Below, piece by piece: positions 1-7,667 of a stretch of DNA of 20,000 nucleotides. Origin of the DNA: an uncultured virus (IMG/VR IMGVR_UViG_3300024303_004490) (lineage: Duplodnaviria; Heunggongvirae; Uroviricota; Caudoviricetes). The stretch is taken from the IMG/VR virus record IMGVR_UViG_3300024303_004490, one strand, 5' to 3'. A program made the position numbers and the translations under genes. Numbering within the stretch: position 1 is the stretch's first letter; every line of letters starts with the position of its first letter. The notes under the pieces are model-generated. The model was not told where the DNA came from. It worked only from the letters and a program-made list of their open reading frames with translations, and did no database searches.

Positions 1-9
1 GATTTATAT

Positions 10-561
10 TTATGAAAGGAAGTCTTCTGTATCATCAGCTGTGAAATCCTGTGCAGCAGTTGTTTTGCCACCAAGATGCTCACCGTCACGAACCTTCTGA
101 ATGTTGCCGAGACCACAAGCAATACCCTTATTACCATTGCTGTTGAATGCATAGAAGTTAAGGCTTACACGAACATAGCAACCGGAATAAACTTCACTGC
201 GGTCAAGAATAGGCTGTACTGAACGGTCAACAATCTGGGGAGGAGTTGTGCTGTTAGCGTTTACGAAATAAGCATTCTTGTATGCTTCATCATCACGCTC
301 GGTGTCGCCATCACGAAGAGGAAGTTTAAGAGCGCCATCGGGAGGAATTTTACCTCCGAACTTACCGATGCCGAGCTGCTTTGCAGCTTCAACGGCGGCT
401 CTGATTTTTTCGATGGTTTCGGTATCTTTCTTGTCGATGATGAAAGATGCACCGTATTTGGGGGTGCCTCCATTAACGGACTGCGGTTCCCACACATGTT
501 CATAAGAGATACGAACGGGACCAGTTACTACTTTTGTTGATATGATTTTCTTATTAGTCAT
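10..561 (-). CDS. DUF2815-family phage single-stranded DNA-binding protein (T7 gp2.5-like)
   Basis: 183 aa with motifs 'VRISYEHVWEP', 'PLRDGD', 'EVYSGCYVRVS', 'GIACGLGNIQKVRDGE' and an acidic C-terminal tail (DDTEDFLS). Overlaps the upstream DUF2800 gene by 8 nt. Confidence 0.9.
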   Translation of the reverse strand: MTNKKIISTKVVTGPVRISYEHVWEPQSVNGGTPKYGASFIIDKKDTETIEKIRAAVEAAKQLGIGKFGGKIPPDGALKLPLRDGDTERDDEAYKNAYFVNANSTTPPQIVDRSVQPILDRSEVYSGCYVRVSLNFYAFNSNGNKGIACGLGNIQKVRDGEHLGGKTTAAQDFTADDTEDFLS

Positions 562-1705
562 TATTAATTACCTCGATTTCTGTAAAGTCATTTTTAGCAT
601 CTGTAGTCATTATTTCAGGGCGCTTGTCCGATACTGAAACAAGCGTTGGTTTGCCTTGGGGTTTATGTACCAACGAACCAAGGATTTCTTTGAACGTGGT
701 TTTTCCCATGAGCTTTTCCATCTCCGTTATCGAGATGAGGCTCTTCTTGTAAATGTCACGATATCCAGCGGCATAGGCTTTTTCAGCAACAGCCTCTTCA
801 TCGGTATATTTCCTTACGGAACGGCTTTCAACGAGCTTGAATCCATTCCACCTTTTGCCGTGATTAATAGCTGCATCCTGGGCATAAGCCTGAATTTCGT
901 TTGCCCACTTGGTGAGGTCGTCAAGGTGAAGAAGAATATCTTCAATCTCCTCATCTGAAAGAAGAGGTGGGAGTTTAAATTCATACTCTGCAAGCTTCAT
1001 TTTTGCTTCAGCCCTTGCACGACATTTAACAGCAGCTTTACAAAAAGTGCAGTGAGAACCAGGAATGAATTCTCCTTCTCCTTTTGCCGCCAAAGCTGCT
1101 CTTGGAATAAGGAACTCCTCTGCCCAAGACATCAAGTCATCGTATGTGATAGTCCAGGTTGAGATATTCTCTCTTCGCGGCTGATAAATGCTCATAGATA
1201 CATTCTCAATTTCATAAAGGTGGTCATACATCTTTATGGCTCCCAGTGCATAAAGCATCATCTGAGGATTATTAACAGCATCTACGAGAACACCTTGTCC
1301 GTACTTGAAGTCGATAATATGAACCAGGTTATCGGCTATAATAACGCAGTCACCTGTACCGAACCCTTCAGGAACGAAACAGGAGTAGTCAAGTTTCTGT
1401 TCAATGAGGATAAGGGGGTCAGCACTTTTTTCTTTGGCTTCTGCAATCTTCTCAAGTACGAATTCCACATAGCCGTCGGTGTACATATCCATTTCATCGG
1501 AGTCGTACTGTGATGTCGGTTTTCGGGAACGCATCTTAAGTGCCTTGCGAAGTTTGTGTTCACATAAAGCGTGTGCAGCTGTTCCTTCGGCTGCCGCTTC
1601 ACTTTCTCGGTCATCAAACTCTCTTTCAAGAACAGCTGATGGTGTGCAATTCAGCCATCTGTGAGAAGATGATGCACCGAGCAAGGCGTGTTTATTTGGG
1701 GGCAT
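554..1705 (-). CDS. DUF2800-family PD-(D/E)XK (Cas4-like) phage nuclease
   Basis: Start taken as MPPNKHALL (ATG 1705, SD AAGGAG upstream). Motifs 'HALLGASSSHRWLNCTPS', 'EGTAAH', 'GTGDC...IIDFKYG', 'NPQMMLYALG', 'HCTFCKAAVKC'. Adjacent to DUF2815 as in known phage replication modules. Confidence 0.88.
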   Translation of the reverse strand: MPPNKHALLGASSSHRWLNCTPSAVLEREFDDRESEAAAEGTAAHALCEHKLRKALKMRSRKPTSQYDSDEMDMYTDGYVEFVLEKIAEAKEKSADPLILIEQKLDYSCFVPEGFGTGDCVIIADNLVHIIDFKYGQGVLVDAVNNPQMMLYALGAIKMYDHLYEIENVSMSIYQPRRENISTWTITYDDLMSWAEEFLIPRAALAAKGEGEFIPGSHCTFCKAAVKCRARAEAKMKLAEYEFKLPPLLSDEEIEDILLHLDDLTKWANEIQAYAQDAAINHGKRWNGFKLVESRSVRKYTDEEAVAEKAYAAGYRDIYKKSLISITEMEKLMGKTTFKEILGSLVHKPQGKPTLVSVSDKRPEIMTTDAKNDFTEIEVINND

Positions 1706-2030
1706 CTGTGAGCTCCTTCGCTTTAGAAATAAGGTCTTCGAAACTTGCAATGTCGACCTTGCTTAAATTCTGCACACCGTAGGAGCGAATAAGTTCTTGA
1801 GCTTCAGCTGTAACCTTTGTTCCGAGAATTGCCCTTGCTTCAAGAATCAACTTCTCTTTTTTCTTTTTAAGGTCCTCATCGGTTTCAACTTTCACAGATT
1901 CTGTAGGTTCTTCTTTGATGTTTTCATCACAAGGGGGAGTAGCAATAACTGCGTCCACATAAGCCATTAAACTGTCCGAAAGTTTACGAAGGTTCAGAGC
2001 TACATCAAGAAGGAGTTTGTCCTTATCCAT
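1692..2030 (-). CDS. Hypothetical phage/ICE protein preceding DUF2800
   Basis: ATG 2030 (MDKDKLL) with SD AAGGAGG. Overlaps both neighbours. C-terminal 'LIRSYGVQNLSKVD' helical motif. Confidence 0.7.
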   Translation of the reverse strand: MDKDKLLLDVALNLRKLSDSLMAYVDAVIATPPCDENIKEEPTESVKVETDEDLKKKKEKLILEARAILGTKVTAEAQELIRSYGVQNLSKVDIASFEDLISKAKELTDAPK

Positions 2031-2223
2031 CACACACACCTCCTTCCTTAACTTCACTGATTGACAGCTTTGATACGCTGTCGCCCGGTACGAGAATTGT
2101 TACTTTTCTGCAGTCACCGAGTAGGAAGCGAAGAATACGTTCACGCATCTTTATGGTTTTACAGAAGACAATGCTGTCCGGGGTTGGCTTTTTGGAAACA
2201 TTGATTTTAAGATTATGTTCCAT
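2023..2223 (-). CDS. Small hypothetical phage/ICE protein (66 aa)
   Basis: ATG with GAAAGGA SD. Overlaps the downstream gene by 8 nt. Contains 'RERILRFLLG...VTILVPGDSV'. Confidence 0.7.
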   Translation of the reverse strand: MEHNLKINVSKKPTPDSIVFCKTIKMRERILRFLLGDCRKVTILVPGDSVSKLSISEVKEGGVCDG

Positions 2224-2324
2224 AGCTTTCAGTCCTTTCCGAGAGGTGGTTATGTAGTCCTCTCACCATATGGAGAAAAAGGGGCATTTTGTCAGGGTGT
2301 TTTTAGGCTTTTTTCAGAAATTTT

Positions 2325-2783
2325 TTAAAAAAATTTTTTAAATCTTTTTTTCGCAGCCTCAATTGACTCGTGAACAGACTGAAATGAGACTCCTTCTGTT
2401 TCAGCAATTTCCCTTAATGTCTTTCCCTCGGCAAGCTGTAAAAGGCGTCTCTGCTGAACCTCGGATAATTTTGAAAATGCATACTCGGTTCGTTTGCTTC
2501 GCTCTTCTACTTCAGCTTGTTTTTTTGCGGCTATTTCTCTTTTTTCATCTTCCGATGTTATGTAGAAATCCACTGTGTGGTCAGCATATGCCATGCCCTC
2601 ATACTTAGCTTCATCCGTTGAAACCGGGCAGTAGTATTTGTGGCGATGGTCACTCGCATCTTCTTTCTTGCGACTTTCCTTAATGCTGATGCCTATGTCA
2701 TCTTCAACCTCTACGGCTGTTCTTTTAATTTCGTAAGTACCTGTCTTTTCGTTGAATGCGTTATATCTGTATTCGATAATCAT
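2325..2783 (-). CDS. Sigma-70 region-4 (HTH) domain protein, putative element-specific transcription activator
   Basis: Start taken as MIIEY (ATG 2783, SD AAGGAG). C-terminal 'LSEVQQRRL...EGKTLREIAETEGVSFQSVHESIEAAKKRFKK' is a sigma region-4 HTH. Confidence 0.8.
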   Translation of the reverse strand: MIIEYRYNAFNEKTGTYEIKRTAVEVEDDIGISIKESRKKEDASDHRHKYYCPVSTDEAKYEGMAYADHTVDFYITSEDEKREIAAKKQAEVEERSKRTEYAFSKLSEVQQRRLLQLAEGKTLREIAETEGVSFQSVHESIEAAKKRFKKFF

Positions 2784-2798
2784 AAAAATTGCTCCTTT

Positions 2799-2926
2799 GG
2801 ATTTTTCTTGAAATCCGCCAGAGCCGCCGAAGATGTCCACCAAAAAGAAAAAGACGGCAGTGTGTGACACACTGATACCTATAATCGGTATTGATATGTC
2901 ACTGCACGGCCGTCTTGCGTTCTGGC
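2799..2926 (-). ncRNA. Putative structured 5' leader/attenuator upstream of the sigma-4 gene
   Basis: Nested inverted repeats: 2851-2858/2909-2916 (AAGACGGC/GCCGTCTT) with an inner imperfect stem, followed on the - strand by TTTCTTTTT. Outer pair 2817-2827/2917-2926. Small GGATTT/AAATCC hairpin next to the SD. Confidence 0.5.
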
Positions 2927-2949
2927 AGATAACTTTTAATATTCTGTTT

Positions 2950-3105
2950 TTATGCTGCGGTGGTTAAGATGTTTTCAATGTTAAGTGTGCCGTCGGGGTT
3001 TGCTGTGATGCGAGTTTTGCATCCTTTTACTACAATCTCCACAACCCTGCGGTCTTCACTTACATCACAGACGCGCTTATTATTAAGGTTGCGAACTTCA
3101 CTCAT
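2950..3105 (-). CDS. Small hypothetical protein (51 aa), missing from the ORF track
   Basis: Translated by hand: MSEVRNLNNKRVCDVSEDRRVVEIVVKGCKTRITANPDGTLNIENILTTAA*. Strong SD AAGGAGGA 7 nt upstream of ATG 3105. Confidence 0.7.
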   Translation of the reverse strand: MSEVRNLNNKRVCDVSEDRRVVEIVVKGCKTRITANPDGTLNIENILTTAA

Positions 3106-3141
3106 AGGCATTTCCTCCTTTCTTTATTTCTGTTGTAAAGC

Positions 3142-3264
3142 AAAAAGCCGACACAAAACATTCAAGGTATAAACCTCTGAATGCTCGTGCCGGCTTGAAC
3201 TCACTTGGTTCTGCTCGTCTTTGAGCTGTATATTTTATGCGAATCCCTCACTTGGGGTTTCTGC
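3142..3264 (-). ncRNA. Putative structured RNA: two hairpins with identical CAAGUGA loops plus a terminator-like long hairpin
   Basis: On the - strand: GAAACCC-CAAGTGA-GGGATTC (3241-3261), GCTC-AAAGAC-GAGC (3213-3226), GAAC-CAAGTGA-GTTC (3197-3211), then a long stem 3145-3196 ending in a short U-run. Confidence 0.5.
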
Positions 3265-3459
3265 TTACTTTGTTGTTTCTGCTGCTTGAACAATTTGTGT
3301 CATCAGCATTCCTACAGAAATTGTTTCATAGGCGTTTTCTTTAGCTTTCTTTATTCTTAATGCGTATTCCCCGGTTTCAGTTTTTACTGCTTCTCCGAGA
3401 GGAATGTGTTCTTTAGGGGTGTAGACCATTTTGTTTTTTTTGGGGGTGTTCTCTTTCAT
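3265..3459 (-). CDS. Small hypothetical protein (64 aa)
   Basis: ATG with GAGGAAG SD. Co-oriented, 25 nt downstream of the XRE gene. Confidence 0.6.
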   Translation of the reverse strand: MKENTPKKNKMVYTPKEHIPLGEAVKTETGEYALRIKKAKENAYETISVGMLMTQIVQAAETTK

Positions 3460-3484
3460 TCAACTTCCTCCTATCGTTGCTTTA

Positions 3485-4273
3485 TTAATATTTTTCATTG
3501 AATTTATTTATAAAATCAAGAACTTTGTTATTTATATCCGGTGTTTCGATTCGACGTTCAACTGCGGCATACAACTTGGGTAAGAATATATTAAAATCTA
3601 AATGTCGAGCCTTTTCCTCTGTACTTACATCACTATGATTTAATGTTGTACAACATATAGGGTTTGTGTTTTTAAAATCTTTTCCTAATAAATATAATTC
3701 GTACACGGTATCTATTGTAGAAGCATACGGGGCTGCAAGTTCTGATAAGTTACTCAAGACTAAAGCGATTTTTCCAACGCCATCGATAGAAGCAACATAT
3801 ATATTTTTACAGGGTGTTGCCGTGTATTTAGGATAGCATAACGATTTATATGTAAGTTCCTCCCAAAATGTTACGCCTACAGTCAAAGGGGAATCTACCG
3901 TGCCTAAGCGTATTGGAGTTTTTTTAGAAGACTCTTCAAAAACATCTTTAAAATAGTAGTATGCTTTCCAGTCAATTTCTCCACCTTCTGTAAGTTTTAG
4001 TAATTTACAAATGAAATTTAATAGATAGGCATCACCTGGGTTGTGGCTTTCAAAATCAGCAAACAATAATGCATCAACCGATACCTCAAATAAGTTTGCT
4101 ATTTTTACCAGAGCCTCTATACTTAATGAAGCTTTGTATTGATTTTTTGAAACCCTCGAAAAGTAACCAGTACTTACTCCTGCAGCTTTTTCTACATCAC
4201 CAATTTTCATATTATTTCTTTTGGTAAGAACATAAATATTATGAAAGAGCTGTCCTTTACTTGTCGCTAACAA
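3485..4273 (-). CDS. XRE/Cro-C1 HTH regulator with unrecognised C-terminal domain
   Basis: N-terminal HTH 'MKIGDVEKAAGVSTGYFSRV...SIEALVKIANLFEVSVDALL'. TTG start with AAAGGGA SD. Confidence 0.8.
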   Translation of the reverse strand: MLATSKGQLFHNIYVLTKRNNMKIGDVEKAAGVSTGYFSRVSKNQYKASLSIEALVKIANLFEVSVDALLFADFESHNPGDAYLLNFICKLLKLTEGGEIDWKAYYYFKDVFEESSKKTPIRLGTVDSPLTVGVTFWEELTYKSLCYPKYTATPCKNIYVASIDGVGKIALVLSNLSELAAPYASTIDTVYELYLLGKDFKNTNPICCTTLNHSDVSTEEKARHLDFNIFLPKLYAAVERRIETPDINNKVLDFINKFNEKY

Positions 4274-4310
4274 AATTTATCAATCCCTTTCTTTGTCGAA
4301 TACTGCTATT

Positions 4311-4339
4311 ATTATATGCAATATTATTATAAATGTCAG
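4311..4339 (-). promoter_or_regulatory. Sigma-A promoter (proximal) for the XRE/replication-module transcript
   Basis: CTGACA-17 bp-TATAAT on the - strand. Confidence 0.55.
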
Positions 4340-4374
4340 CAGTCGCTGCAATGTTATTGATTTTCGATAGTTAA

Positions 4375-4403
4375 ATTATATCTGAAAGTCACAGTGTTGT
4401 CAA
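4375..4403 (-). promoter_or_regulatory. Sigma-A promoter (distal), perfect consensus
   Basis: TTGACA-acactgtgactttcaga (17 bp)-TATAAT on the - strand. Confidence 0.7.
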
Positions 4404-4875
4404 TATCTATTTGAATTTTACTTCAAGTAATTTATTTGTAATTTATTGTAGATTTGAATTATAGTTCGAATTTTTTCGAATAAATATTATAAAAAAGTTT
4501 GTTTTTCGACAAAAGATTCATAAAACAAAATTGTAAAAAGTAACACGGATTTTTCAAAAAAAATCTAATTTTGGTATAACTTACAAAGTTAACATTATAT
4601 TGTATGTCTTTTAATAGTAATAATTACAAAATTAACTAAACTTATGTTACTTTTTCCAAAAAAATATAGTTTTTGATAGAAAAAACTAATGTTTCAATTA
4701 ATTTTCTACACATTTATTGTCTAATATCCATTCAATAACACAATTTAGGTATTACTATTTTATGTATACGGTAAGTGACCTACTTCATGTAAAAACGCCG
4801 CCAAACTAAAGAATTAGCATTTTCGACGCACAATAATATTGACAGTGATTGTTAACCCGATTTATATGCTTATAA

Positions 4876-6114
4876 TTACACATACATCATACCTGGCATC
4901 TTAACATTATCCCTTCCATCAAGTGGCATTTTAAGATTATGCAATAAACAACCGTAAGTAATAGCTTGTTTACCGAAACGGCTGCGAAGGTCCTCAACGG
5001 CATCTTCCAGTCGTTCTCTTTTTTCAATTCTCTGAATATCGGTAAAGAAAGATAACTGTTCGGTCGTAGTTTGTGGTACAAGGTTTATTGCTCGAATGGT
5101 TACAGCCCTCACGTTAGAATGCCAGATGTGTTTTTCCTTGAAAAGTTGATATCCAGCTTTGGCTATTTCTGAGGGCAGTTGTGTTTTCAGCGGTAATTTG
5201 CACTGATACTGTGAGCCGAACAAATCATTACCTCTGACAAATATCTGTACACCGGTAGCGGATAACTGATGCACCCTCAATCGGTGACCGACATCCTGAC
5301 TCAATGCAAGAATCACCCGCCATACCTCATCATCATTTTCAAGGTCAGAAATGCAGGTAATTCCGTGTCCTACAGATTTTACGGGAGAAACAAAATCTCG
5401 GTGCATTACTCTTGAAGAATCCGTGCCGTTGGCATATCTCCAAAGAGCTATACCATTAACACCGAGCAGAAGTTTTAAATATTGAGGATCTGCGTTTGCT
5501 ACATCCCCGATTGTATGAATACCTACTCTTGCCAATTTAGCTGTTGTGGCTCTTCCGCAGTATATCATTTCACTACAGTCGAGGGGCCACACCTTTTCTT
5601 TGAAGTTTTCCTTCCGGATTTCTGTGATTGCATCAGGCTTTTTCATATCACTTCCTAATTTTGCAAATATTTTATTGTACGAAACACCGATACTGACAGT
5701 CAACCCTAATTCTTCTCGAACCGAGCGCCTGATTTCTTCAGCTATGGTCATAGCATCTCCGTAAACATATCTGCTGCCTGTTACATCAAGCCAACATTCA
5801 TCCATACCGAAAGGTTCAATGAGGTCGGTATATCTTTGATAGATAGCCTGGGTTAGCTTTGAGTATTTAAGGTATTGGTCGTATTGGGGCGGGACAACGA
5901 TTAAATCCTTACATAACTGCTTTGCCTCCCAGTTCACCATTCCTGTTTTTACCCCCGCTTTTTTTGCTTTCTCTGATTTAGCGAGAACAATGCCGTGGCG
6001 TTCTTCTGTCGAACCACAGACAGCCACAGCCTTTCCTCTTAATTTAGGGTTAAGCATCATTTCCACCGAAGCATAAAAACAGTTTAAGTCACTATGCAAA
6101 ATTGCTCTTTCCAT
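4876..6114 (-). CDS. dinB: Y-family (DinB/PolIV-like) error-prone DNA polymerase
   Basis: Catalytic motifs intact ('ILHSDLNCFYASVE', 'IEPFGMDECWLD', 'AKLGSDMKKPD'). Clamp-binding-like 'EQLSFF' and C-terminal 'LEDAVEDLRSRFGKQAI'. Confidence 0.93.
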   Translation of the reverse strand: MERAILHSDLNCFYASVEMMLNPKLRGKAVAVCGSTEERHGIVLAKSEKAKKAGVKTGMVNWEAKQLCKDLIVVPPQYDQYLKYSKLTQAIYQRYTDLIEPFGMDECWLDVTGSRYVYGDAMTIAEEIRRSVREELGLTVSIGVSYNKIFAKLGSDMKKPDAITEIRKENFKEKVWPLDCSEMIYCGRATTAKLARVGIHTIGDVANADPQYLKLLLGVNGIALWRYANGTDSSRVMHRDFVSPVKSVGHGITCISDLENDDEVWRVILALSQDVGHRLRVHQLSATGVQIFVRGNDLFGSQYQCKLPLKTQLPSEIAKAGYQLFKEKHIWHSNVRAVTIRAINLVPQTTTEQLSFFTDIQRIEKRERLEDAVEDLRSRFGKQAITYGCLLHNLKMPLDGRDNVKMPGMMYV

Positions 6115-6156
6115 CAAGAAAACACCACTTTTCTCAAATTAACTTCCCAAAAAGTA

Positions 6157-6186
6157 TTGACAATGTGAAGTTGAGAGGTGTATAAT
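6157..6186 (+). promoter_or_regulatory. Sigma-A promoter for the XRE repressor gene
   Basis: TTGACA (6157-6162)-18 bp-TATAAT (6181-6186). Confidence 0.7.
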
Positions 6187-6219
6187 CAATGCGTAACTTC
6201 TCAAACTTCTCATAATTTT

Positions 6220-6248
6220 ATGTTAGCGACAAAAAATGTGTTTGTCAA
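6220..6248 (-). promoter_or_regulatory. Sigma-A promoter for the Y-family polymerase gene
   Basis: TTGACA (6248-6243)-17 bp-TAACAT (6225-6220) on the - strand. Confidence 0.55.
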
Positions 6249-6304
6249 TACCTTTTGTGATTTTGGAGAAGTTACAACTGAAAATTTTTATGGAGGGAAT
6301 GATT

Positions 6305-6736
6305 ATGACTTTTTCCGACAAAGTAAAAAGAGCCAGAGAAGTAGCAGGCTTAACTCAAGATGAACTTGCCCAAGCAATAGGTGTTTCTCGCCGTACAATC
6401 ACTGCTTATGAATCCGAAGGAGCAGTGGCAAGACGTTCTACCACAGAAAAACTCGCATACGCTCTTAAGGTATCTGTAAAATACCTCACAGATGAAAAAT
6501 GCACAGACCCCTTGGCAGAAATTGAAAAAGATGAATACATTGAACAAGCTCGTGCTTTATATGGTTCAAAGGGTGTTCGTGATATGGATGAACTTCTCAA
6601 AGACAATGCAGCCCTGTTTGCAGGTGGCGACCTTTCGCAAGACCAGAAAGATGCCTTCTTTGAAGCCGTTATGAAAGCTTACATAACTTGTAAAGAAGAA
6701 GCTAAAATTAAGTTCGGCAGCAAGAACAATGGTTAA
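6305..6736 (+). CDS. XRE-family HTH repressor (ImmR/DdrO-like)
   Basis: Start MTFSDK (ATG 6305, GGAGG 8 nt upstream). HTH 'GLTQDELAQAIGVSRRTITAYE'. C-terminal 'ALFAGGDLSQDQKDAFFEAV' is typical of XREs paired with ImmA. Confidence 0.88.
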   Translation: MTFSDKVKRAREVAGLTQDELAQAIGVSRRTITAYESEGAVARRSTTEKLAYALKVSVKYLTDEKCTDPLAEIEKDEYIEQARALYGSKGVRDMDELLKDNAALFAGGDLSQDQKDAFFEAVMKAYITCKEEAKIKFGSKNNG

Positions 6737-6782
6737 GTCCGTATTTTGGGACAGTAAAGATGTTAAACTTTATATGTGGGGA

Positions 6783-6811
6783 TTGAATGCCCTCATTACA
6801 TAATGTATAAT
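6783..6811 (+). promoter_or_regulatory. Sigma-A promoter upstream of the J-domain gene
   Basis: TTGAAT (6783-6788)-17 bp-TATAAT (6806-6811). Confidence 0.65.
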
Positions 6812-6859
6812 TATTTTTGCAAATTGGTAGTCACATTATTATGGAGGTAGGTGTGTTTT

Positions 6860-7663
6860 ATGGAAGATAGTAATATTATTCTTTTTCCTGACTTTGAAGC
6901 GTTGAAAAAAGAAGTGGAGAAGTTGAGAACAGAGATATCAATGCTCCTACTTGAAAGAGACGAGCTCAAATTAGTAGTTTGTAAAAATATAGAAACTGCA
7001 TATATGTTAGCCCTTGGCAGTCTTGAATATAAGGCTTATGAATTGCATTGTGCTGTATTGCGTTTAAAAAGAAAAATAGACCTTATCCAAGCAAAAAAGA
7101 ATCGCCAGGAAAAGGTTGTTCTTATTGATATTGATGAACAGCTCGATGAGGAATTTGCTGAATATCAACAGCACCTCGATGAACAAATTGACAAAATGAA
7201 TAAGGCGCTCGACCACAGTAAAGGTACACCCCTCACTGCAGAAGAGACAATAGAAATAAAGAAAGTTTATCGTAATATTGTGAAAGCACTCCATCCTGAC
7301 TTGCATCCTGATGTTACACTTGCCCAACTGCAACTGTTCCAAAATGCAGTTCAGGCGTATGAAAACGGTGACTTGAATAGCTTGCGAATTATCCACGAAA
7401 TGGTCGCAGACCCTGTTATACCGGAAGTCGGAGAAAATGGTATGGCATTGTTAACCAAAGAAAAAGAGCGTCTTACAAAATCCCTCGAACTTATCCATCA
7501 ACAGATTTCAGAAATCAAATCAGAGTACCCGTACACTATGAAAGACGTTGTAAACAACCCGGAAAAGATAGAAGAAAAGAAGACCGAACTACAAAGCCTA
7601 ATTGAAGAACTGAAAGAAGTATATGATTGGTACGAGGCTCGAATAAAAGAATTATTAAGGTGA
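6860..7663 (+). CDS. Coiled-coil protein with central DnaJ J-domain
   Basis: 'EIKKVYRNIVKALHPDLHPD...LFQNAVQAYENGDL' is a J-domain with an HPD motif, flanked by heptad-rich helices. Alternative GTG start at 6851. Confidence 0.8.
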   Translation: MEDSNIILFPDFEALKKEVEKLRTEISMLLLERDELKLVVCKNIETAYMLALGSLEYKAYELHCAVLRLKRKIDLIQAKKNRQEKVVLIDIDEQLDEEFAEYQQHLDEQIDKMNKALDHSKGTPLTAEETIEIKKVYRNIVKALHPDLHPDVTLAQLQLFQNAVQAYENGDLNSLRIIHEMVADPVIPEVGENGMALLTKEKERLTKSLELIHQQISEIKSEYPYTMKDVVNNPEKIEEKKTELQSLIEELKEVYDWYEARIKELLR

Positions 7664-7667
7664 TAAT

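Noticed and set aside
554..1705. Cas4-like nuclease suggesting a CRISPR-Cas locus
   Set aside because: No repeat-spacer array or other cas genes seen. The context next to a DUF2815 SSB indicates a phage replication/recombination role.
2784..2870. N-terminal extension of the 181-aa ORF in the track
   Set aside because: It runs through the structured leader. The SD-supported start is ATG 2783.
3197..3211. GAAC...GTTC as a LexA (Cheo) box
   Set aside because: The spacer is 7 nt rather than 4, and the same 7-mer recurs in a different stem, which fits an RNA loop better.
4261..4272. 12-bp TTGTCGCTAACA also present inverted at 6221-6232
   Set aside because: A single 12-mer match is expected by chance in 20 kb of AT-rich DNA and does not extend.
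4404..4875. Very AT-rich gap as a possible origin or ncRNA
   Set aside because: I found no iterons, DnaA-box cluster or convincing stem-loops, only low-complexity A/T runs.
6794..6817. CATAATGTATA resembling a chromosomal dif site
   Set aside because: The right arm is out of register and lacks TTATGTTAAA. It is better explained as the spacer and -10 of the 6783-6811 promoter.
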